Of a DNA stretch of 64,000 nt, positions 60,526-64,000 are shown piece by piece (positions within the stretch are counted from its first letter, which is position 1; every line of letters begins with the position of its first letter). Position numbers and translations under genes: made by a program. The notes under the pieces were generated by a model. That model saw only the letters and a program-made list of their open reading frames with translations. It made no database searches and was not told where the DNA came from. Location: contig CAWBZV010000005.1 of assembly GCA_963793305.1 (NCBI GenBank), forward strand, positions 448,001 to 512,000, in the 5' to 3' direction. This DNA is from an uncultured Gemmatimonadales bacterium (GTDB taxonomy: Bacteria > Gemmatimonadota > Gemmatimonadetes > Gemmatimonadales > Gemmatimonadaceae).

Positions 60526-60545
60526 GTGTTGCATCCATTCAAGAT
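60526..60545 (+). promoter_or_regulatory. Motif copy 23 (GTGTTG-CATCCATT-CAAGAT)
   Basis: CAAGTT at 60564-60569, 18 bp downstream. Confidence 0.8.
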
Positions 60546-60623
60546 CGGATCACGCGGGCATCCCAAGTTCGACTTGGAATAACGCGCCGGCGTTCTTGCT
60601 GCGCCCCCCAATTGCACCGACTC

Positions 60624-61898
60624 ATGAGGCCGAACCTGCAACGCGCCTGGTCCGTAGCGCTTGCCTTGTTGACGCTGGCTGCACCGCTGAGTGCCCAGCC
60701 GCACACCACGACCGTCGCGTCGTTTGCATTGGCCGAGGTGCAGCCGGGGGAGCCATCGTGGATGCCGGTCTTCCGCCTCCGCGCCGGCGAGGCCAGGTAT
60801 CGCGGCGGCACATGGTGGGAGACCTATGCGCAGATGCGGGCGCAAGCGGAAGCCCGCATCGGCAACGATGCTGGGGCCATGGCGTTCTTCGATCGGCTCC
60901 TTCCGCTGTCCACCCAGACGATCGTGTTCCCGCCGGGGGTCCGAGCCGTTCCGGCACTCGACGTGCTCGCGGCCGCGGCCGATACGGCGCGGGTGATCAT
61001 GGTGAATGAGCAGCACCACGTCAGCGCCAGTCGCTTGCTGACGCTTCGGCTGTTGCCGATCCTCTGGGCGAAAGGCTTTCGCTATTTGGCGGCGGAGGCG
61101 CTGGCGGTGGCGGACACCGGACTGGGGCGGCGTGGGTACGCGATCGAGCGTGTCACTGGCTACTATACCGACGACCCGGTCTTCGGCGAAATCATTCGCC
61201 AAGCGCTGCGCATTGGTTATCACGTCGTGCCGTACGACGCGGAGGAGTCGCAGGAGGATTCGACGGACGGGCTCAAACCGCAGCTGCGCCGCGACAGCAT
61301 CGAGGCGTTGAACCTCTACGATCGCATCTTTCGCGAAGAGCCCAACGCCAAGGTCCTCGTCCACGCCGGCATCGCCCACATCAAGGAATCGGTGACGGCG
61401 TCGTGGTCGCCGATGGCCGCGTATTTTCGGAAGCTCAGCGGGATCGACCCGGTGACCGCCGACCAAACAACCCTGAGCGAGCACAGCGCGCCGGAATACG
61501 AGCATCCGGCGTATCGAGCGGCGATCGCGGCTGGGCTGCTCCGAGACGTTCCGGTCGTGCTCGTGGATTCTGCCGGAGCGCCCTATCTCCCGGCCCGATT
61601 CGGCGCGGACCTGGAGATTCTCAACCCGCGCACAACTCATGATCATGGGCGGCCGATGTGGATGGCGCTCTTCGGGACACGCGTGGGCGTTGACGTCCGC
61701 GTCGCCGAGTGCGTCGCGCGTCCGTGCGTCGCCGAGGCCGGGCTCGCATCGGAGCCGGACAGTGCTGTCGCGCTCGACCGGGCCGAGCTCTCGGCGGGGG
61801 CAGTGCGCCTCTTCGTGCCGGCCCGCCAGCGCGTGCGTGTGCGCGTCACGGACGCGTCGGGTCGGCCAGTGCGCACGCTCATGCTCCGCGCGCGCTGA
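60624..61898 (+). CDS. Secreted hypothetical protein (ChaN/EreA/TIKI-like fold suspected)
   Basis: Signal peptide; VIMVNEQHH, GFRYLAAEAL, RDSIEALNL, LVHAGIAHI. Confidence 0.6.
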   Translation: MRPNLQRAWSVALALLTLAAPLSAQPHTTTVASFALAEVQPGEPSWMPVFRLRAGEARYRGGTWWETYAQMRAQAEARIGNDAGAMAFFDRLLPLSTQTIVFPPGVRAVPALDVLAAAADTARVIMVNEQHHVSASRLLTLRLLPILWAKGFRYLAAEALAVADTGLGRRGYAIERVTGYYTDDPVFGEIIRQALRIGYHVVPYDAEESQEDSTDGLKPQLRRDSIEALNLYDRIFREEPNAKVLVHAGIAHIKESVTASWSPMAAYFRKLSGIDPVTADQTTLSEHSAPEYEHPAYRAAIAAGLLRDVPVVLVDSAGAPYLPARFGADLEILNPRTTHDHGRPMWMALFGTRVGVDVRVAECVARPCVAEAGLASEPDSAVALDRAELSAGAVRLFVPARQRVRVRVTDASGRPVRTLMLRAR

Positions 61899-61913
61899 TG
61901 TGGTGATCTCAGG

Positions 61914-62270
61914 GTGAGCGCGCTTTACGCTGAGACGCCTATGGCAGCACGCATCGACACGGTGCACGAGAAGGAAGCGCTCGGCGACGGCATCTACCTG
62001 TTTCGCGCGCCGTCGGACCTCGAGGTCTGGACCCAGACGAATACGGTGGTGATCGTCAACGACGAGGACGTCACGGTATTCGACGCGCGCCCGCGTCGAC
62101 CGCGCGGAACGTGATCGCCGAAATCCGGACGATCACCAACAAGCCGGTGCGCACCCTGATCAACTCCCATTGGCACATGGATCACTGGTCCGGGAACGAG
62201 GCGTATGTGAGCGCCTACCCGGGCGTCCAGATCATTGCGACGACCGAGATGCGCGACTTTATGACGTGCA
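61914..62270 (+). pseudogene. Truncated, frameshifted MBL-fold hydrolase
   Basis: LGDGIYLF..NTVVIV..FD, then shifted PVRTLINSHWHMDHWSGN..IIATTEMRD; homology then ends. Confidence 0.7.
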
Positions 62271-62329
62271 CACACCGTTATTCGAAGACGCGTTCACGCA
62301 GGTGTTGGACTCGCGTAGCGTGCGCTGGC

Positions 62330-62925
62330 GCATGCGACGCACGGCCAGAGTGTCACTCGGGTCGTACCCCAGACGTTCGCGGCTCAGGTGGATGACATGC
62401 CGGACCAGCAGACCGGCGGATATGAGCAGTGTAACGGACATCGCGATCTGACTCACGACGAGCGCGTCGCGCACCAGTCCGCTCCGGCGGCGCCCCGGCG
62501 TGATGCCACCGCCTGATCGGAGCGTTCCGGCGACGGCATGCGTCGTCGATCGCAACGCCGGCAGCAACCCACTGAGCAGGCCAGTCAGGAGCGAGATCCC
62601 AGTGCTGAAGGACAGCAGCCAGACGTTCGGGGAGAGTGGGCCCAGGAACGAACGCAGGTTGACGTTGCCGGGCGCCGTCGTCCAGCTGATGGTCACGAGC
62701 TCGATGATCCAGGCTGCGATGGCGATGCCGAGCACCCCGCCGGCCACGGCCAGGAGGCCGCTCTCCACGAGGTGCTGCTGTATGAGGCGGCGACGACTGG
62801 CGCCGAGTGCGCTGCGCAGCGCGATCTCTCTCCGCCGCTCGATGCCGCGGGCGAGCAGCAGGTTGGCCACGTTGGCGCAGGCGATCAATGTCACGAGGCC
62901 CACCGTGGCGGCGCACACGAACAGG
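62330..62925 (-). pseudogene. Internal fragment of an ADOP/MacB-type permease
   Basis: LIACANVANLLLARG..REIALRSALGASR..LVVSQIAMS..LGYDP; both ends missing; boundaries approximate. Confidence 0.75.
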
Positions 62926-63073
62926 GGTCGCCGGCGTCGGGATGCCGGTCGCCACCACGCGGTTGCGGCGATGGGTGTCTCCGGTGAAGTGTACGAAAAC
63001 GGTGTGCAGTGCGTCGCGTCCATCCGGGGCCAGAAACTTCGCGGCTCCGGCCAATCAGAAAAAGGAGGCCACG

Positions 63074-64000
63074 TTGCGTTATCTCAAGTTCATTTTCCCA
63101 CTTTGGACGCTCAACAGCGCCCGTGTGGCCGCGCAGGATAGTGGAATAGTATGCCGTCAGCAGTTCAAGACTTCGAACAACTGCTATCACCTCTTCAGGC
63201 CGGCCGATTCTGCTCGAGGGCTCGTCGTCCTACTTCCATATTTCGGATCGAACGCCAACGAGTTTTCGTCTGCCGCTCTGCCGAGACTACTCGTGCAGCA
63301 GCACGTGGCCGCGATGGCCGTGAGCGCCAGCGGTTACCTCACGGACGATGACCTCCTTACGCTGAGGGGATTGATCGGAGCGGTCGTTCGGGAGCTGAAC
63401 ATTCCGTCAGGGCGTGTGGATGTCGGAGGCATTTCCGCCGGAGGAACGGGCGCGCTCCGGTATGCAGAATACTGTATGGCCGGTCACTGCGATGCGCGTT
63501 CCGAGCCCGTTGCCGTTTTCTCCGTCGATGCGCCGTTGGATTTCGAGGCCTGGTGGAACAGAGAGACACTGAATTTGCGGCGCGGGAATCCGACATCTTC
63601 CTTGGAGGAATCGCAAGCGATTCTGAACGCATTGCGTTCGGCTCTTGGCGGTTCGCCGAATCAGGTCCGCCAGGTCTATCGCCGCCGGTCGCCCTTCCTC
63701 GTCTCGGACAAAGACGGAGGGAATGCGCGGTTGCTTAAGAACCTGCCCATCCGACTTTATACGGAGCCAGACGTTATTCTGGACGGTCGAGAATATCGGA
63801 CGCGACTACTACACCACGAACGCCGTTGACCAAGCAGCCTTAGTTCTTCAACTGCGAATGCTCGGCAACATGAAAGCCGAATTAATCACAACGACCGGCA
63901 GGGGGTTCAGGCCGCCAGGGACACGCAATCCGCATTCGTGGACAATAGTCGATGAACCAGAGCTGAGAAAGATCCCACATGCGGGGAGCCGTGGGCGTCG
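63074..64000 (+). CDS. Secreted alpha/beta-hydrolase-like protein, frameshifted near 63780, runs to window edge
   Basis: AAGGAGG RBS + TTG; GGISAGG, VFSVDAPLD, PIRLYTEPD; shifted frame continues ..ELITTTGRGFR..RNPHSWTIVDEPEL. Confidence 0.65.

Noticed and set aside
3889..60545. Motif as integron attC sites or CRISPR repeats
   Set aside because: No RYYYAAC..GTTRRRY 57-141-bp hairpins, no uniform orientation or regular spacing, no intI or cas genes; copies sit at gene 5' ends at a fixed promoter distance.
3889..60545. Motif as canonical dif/pdif, FNR, CRP or LexA box
   Set aside because: Lacks the XerD arm TTATGTTAAAT, the FNR TTGAT/ATCAA, the CRP TGTGA/TCACA and the GAAC-N4-GTTC or CTGT-N8-ACAG consensus; only the TTG-N8-CAA skeleton is shared with FNR/NnrR-type sites.
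1..64000. tRNA/rRNA genes, IS elements, prophage or defence systems
   Set aside because: No such signatures seen by eye; tRNAscan-SE, ISEScan or DefenseFinder would be needed to exclude them formally.

Overview
High-GC bacterial chromosomal segment, most consistent with a Gemmatimonadota-like organism (inferred from SusC/SusD pairs, multiple ADOP/MacB-type duplicated permeases and many signal-peptide proteins; not proven). It holds ~50 accessory genes, mostly exported: peptidases (2x M1, M13, M16 pair, S41, aspartyl-PDZ, CPBP), alpha/beta hydrolases, MBL-fold proteins, beta-propellers, three SusC/SusD-type loci (one cut by the window edge), four paralogous DUF1080-like proteins and a few regulators, plus several gene fragments and single-base frameshifts. 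No rRNA, tRNA, CRISPR array or recognisable transposase/integrase was seen. The main discovery is a 20-bp element, RYGTTG-N8-CWAGAC with a biased spacer (NRWYYRTN), found by eye 23 times, nearly all intergenic and nearly all pointing toward a gene start. Its right arm supplies a -35-like xAGAC, an nAnnnT -10 hexamer usually follows 17-19 bp later, and in 8 genes the ATG lies 40.5-42.5 bp (exactly 41.5 bp in 5) from the motif centre. This is the geometry of class II CRP/FNR-type activated promoters on leaderless mRNAs and implies a dense regulon for exported proteins whose regulator is not evident in this window.
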